Positions 62,559 to 64,000 of a DNA stretch of 64,000 nt are shown in pieces. The notes under the pieces are model-generated. The model saw only the letters and a list, made by a program, of their open reading frames with translations, ran no database searches and was not told where the DNA came from. The position numbers were made by a program, and so were the translations under genes. This DNA comes from Ruditapes philippinarum (lineage: Eukaryota): the NCBI RefSeq assembly GCF_026571515.1, contig NW_026859253.1, forward strand, positions 124,001 to 188,000, given 5' to 3'. How positions within the stretch are numbered: the stretch's first letter is position 1; each line of letters begins with the position of its first letter.

Positions 62559-64000
62559 AGGTAAATAATGAAAACATCTTCACCGCCGTCAATAAAAATA
62601 TTATATCATCAACAGATCGATGTATTGATTTTGTTTTCGATATTAATTGCTTGTATCATATTTTCATTATCGAAATAATGTTTACAAAGTTATTACGAAA
62701 CATCGAATTGTAACACAGGTATTCGTAGTGTACAATGTTGACATCTGACGCGGTATATTGTCCACGCATTTATTCATGTGACGTAATTGTAAGGGCCCGA
62801 GGGAGGGTAAACAAACGCATGGTTGTGTATTACCCTGTAGTCATGTTGTTCAATTAAATCATTTTAATCAAGACATGATAATGATTTCTTCGTTCCGCGC
62901 CAGTGACCATCTAAAAACTTTATGGGAACGGTCATTTTAAAACGACTACGAGAGATTAGAATTTATGCCAAAACTTTTTTGTTTTAAATGGTATACGGAT
63001 ATCTGCCCCCACTCTTAAAATGAATCACTGGAAATTGCTTCCCCAGTGGAAATGTAAATATGGACATTTGTCCCCACCCCCACAGTTTGGACATTTTCTT
63101 TGGACATTAAATGCACTCTTAAGCTTATCTTTAAATAATAATGCATCTGTGTCAATAATAACAATGCATTGATTGAAACTATTCGCAACTCCTCGGCCAT
63201 TTCCGTCAATCACCGGATAAGAACGAGTGTAACCTACGCTTAAAATATGTAAATGTAAATGCAAGGATGGGTTTATCAGTTTATACATGTATTCATGATA
63301 TCATGTAGTCCTCATAAATTAAAAAAAAAATTGTAGATATATAAGTAACAAATACATTATTTATGTACTATCTATTATGGGTTTTTTGAAACCGAAAGTA
63401 CAAACTAAATACCTGTTGACGGTATTTCTGACTTTGCAATCCGTATAAACTCCGAGATTATTATTATTTATCGTCCATGGTGTTCCGAATGATTTTTGTA
63501 AAGTCAAATGTCACATCATTATTAGAAACCGCCAATGTGGCGTCTGGCATTAGGGTCAGTGATGTTTAAAAAGAACCTTTTAAACAAACGTCTTTAAATT
63601 AAATTGTTTATTAACAGTGTGATTCGAAAAAAAAAACATGCAAAATTAGCCCTCACTGCGTTAGTCATACAGTAGCAATATTGTGATAAAATTGAAAAAT
63701 CAGTAATTAATCGCATATAAAGCATGTATATAATTACTTGAATTTTAAATCTTTTTTATTTTTCTTAAAATCTTGGTAATTTTTATCAAGATTGATTTTC
63801 TTGACTGGTTTGGCTCATCTGGACGCATATAGCTTAAAGCCTGTGTGAACCCGGACAACTTTCCATATCTACGTGACAACACTTACTTTTACTAGTTATC
63901 ATAATAATGGACGCTAATGTGAAAATAATGGCACACGAAAGAATATCAAAATTTGCCTAGTGTGTTATGGATGTGTCATTTTATGTTAATATTAATACTG

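Noticed and set aside
63025-63288. ORF with CPNC…C…H, zinc-knuckle-like
   Set aside because: Isolated, with no convincing splice context or family signature.

Overview
AT-rich, intron-containing animal DNA, most likely a bivalve mollusc. This is inferred from a coiled-coil C1q-domain gene and typical bivalve-style repeats. Five protein-coding genes can be spliced by eye. (1-3) Three tandem minus-strand paralogs (253-6518, 12229-15886, 21337-27071) share an identical 7-exon structure and encode secreted ~320-350 aa proteins I cannot assign to a known family. Each has a signal peptide, a helix with 4 Cys, a hypervariable amphipathic-helix cassette, a polybasic convertase site, 4 more Cys, a second helix and a C-terminal domain ending in EYW. 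(4) A plus-strand C1qDC gene (9103-10469) sits between paralogs A and B. (5) A divergent G-alpha-s/f-like gene (34639-52482, minus) has its five middle exons hidden in a homopolymer-smeared, probably mis-assembled stretch. The rest is transposon and satellite sequence: a CACAGTA-ended 47-bp-TIR element with a 5-bp TSD and a nested insertion, Harbinger-, Kolobok- and mariner-like MITEs, HINE-like elements, tRNA-derived SINEs (one with a 58-bp satellite), minisatellites and three N gaps. All gene models and family calls are manual; no database search was possible.
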